Virus record (IMG/VR): IMGVR_UViG_3300026534_000040
Span: 1 to 35,542 of that record
Origin: a virus
Taxonomy: Duplodnaviria > Caudoviricetes
DNA: 35,542 nucleotides
Reading direction: 5' to 3' (one strand)
Shown here in pieces: positions 35,406 through 35,542 of this stretch (positions are counted from its first letter, which is position 1; each line of letters begins with the position of its first letter). The notes beneath the pieces were generated by a model that had not been told where the DNA came from, did no database searches, and worked only from the letters and a program-made list of their open reading frames with translations. Position numbers and translations under genes: made by a program.

Positions 35406-35542
35406 ATGGGGGATATATTGTTAAAAAATATTTATCTTATTTCAAAATTTATTTTGTTTTTTTATCAGATAATTAAAAATTACAAAAAAAATTGCATATC
35501 ATTTTTTATTTATAAATTTTACATTAATTTAATGCCTTATTA

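Larger units (their letters stand above)
100..35415. mobile_element. Mu-like transposable prophage (myovirus-type tail), Bacteroidota host, apparently complete
   Basis: MuA/MuB-like transposition genes, DUF935-like portal, MuF, gp36-like, sheath, tube and baseplate genes, no integrase. Inverted copies of AAAACAAATTGACCA lie at both ends. Exact termini are inferred. Confidence 0.93.

Overview
The window holds an apparently complete (~35.3 kb, about 100..35415) Mu-like transposable prophage or phage genome with a contractile tail, flanked by short AT-rich DNA. TTTG-N19-21-TAnnTTTG promoters and the protein families point to a Bacteroidota host (probably Flavobacteriia). From right to left it has: a noncoding end with terminal repeats; a PH-domain accessory gene; an S24-type repressor with a Ner/Cro switch; MuA-like transposase, MuB-like ATPase and early genes (including an initiator-like protein and a DnaC-like loader); a Mor/C-like regulator; a rightward terminase-portal-MuF operon; and a leftward protease-capsid-lysis-tail operon. 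At the far end, where Mu carries mom, there is a three-gene cassette preceded by a structured antisense RNA: an unannotated 43-aa protein, an ABC-ATPase/Mom-like GNAT fusion with an A10 tract at the domain junction, and a formyltransferase. This is the best candidate for an undescribed DNA hypermodification system. Other highlights are a probable -1 slippage fusing portal to a MuF protein with a toxin-like tail and a convergent hairpin RNA, a capsid protein with a signal-peptide-like N-terminus, twin divergent late promoters, and Mu-like end repeats with apparent TA termini rather than TG...CA. All family assignments come from motif recognition and gene order by eye, without database searches.
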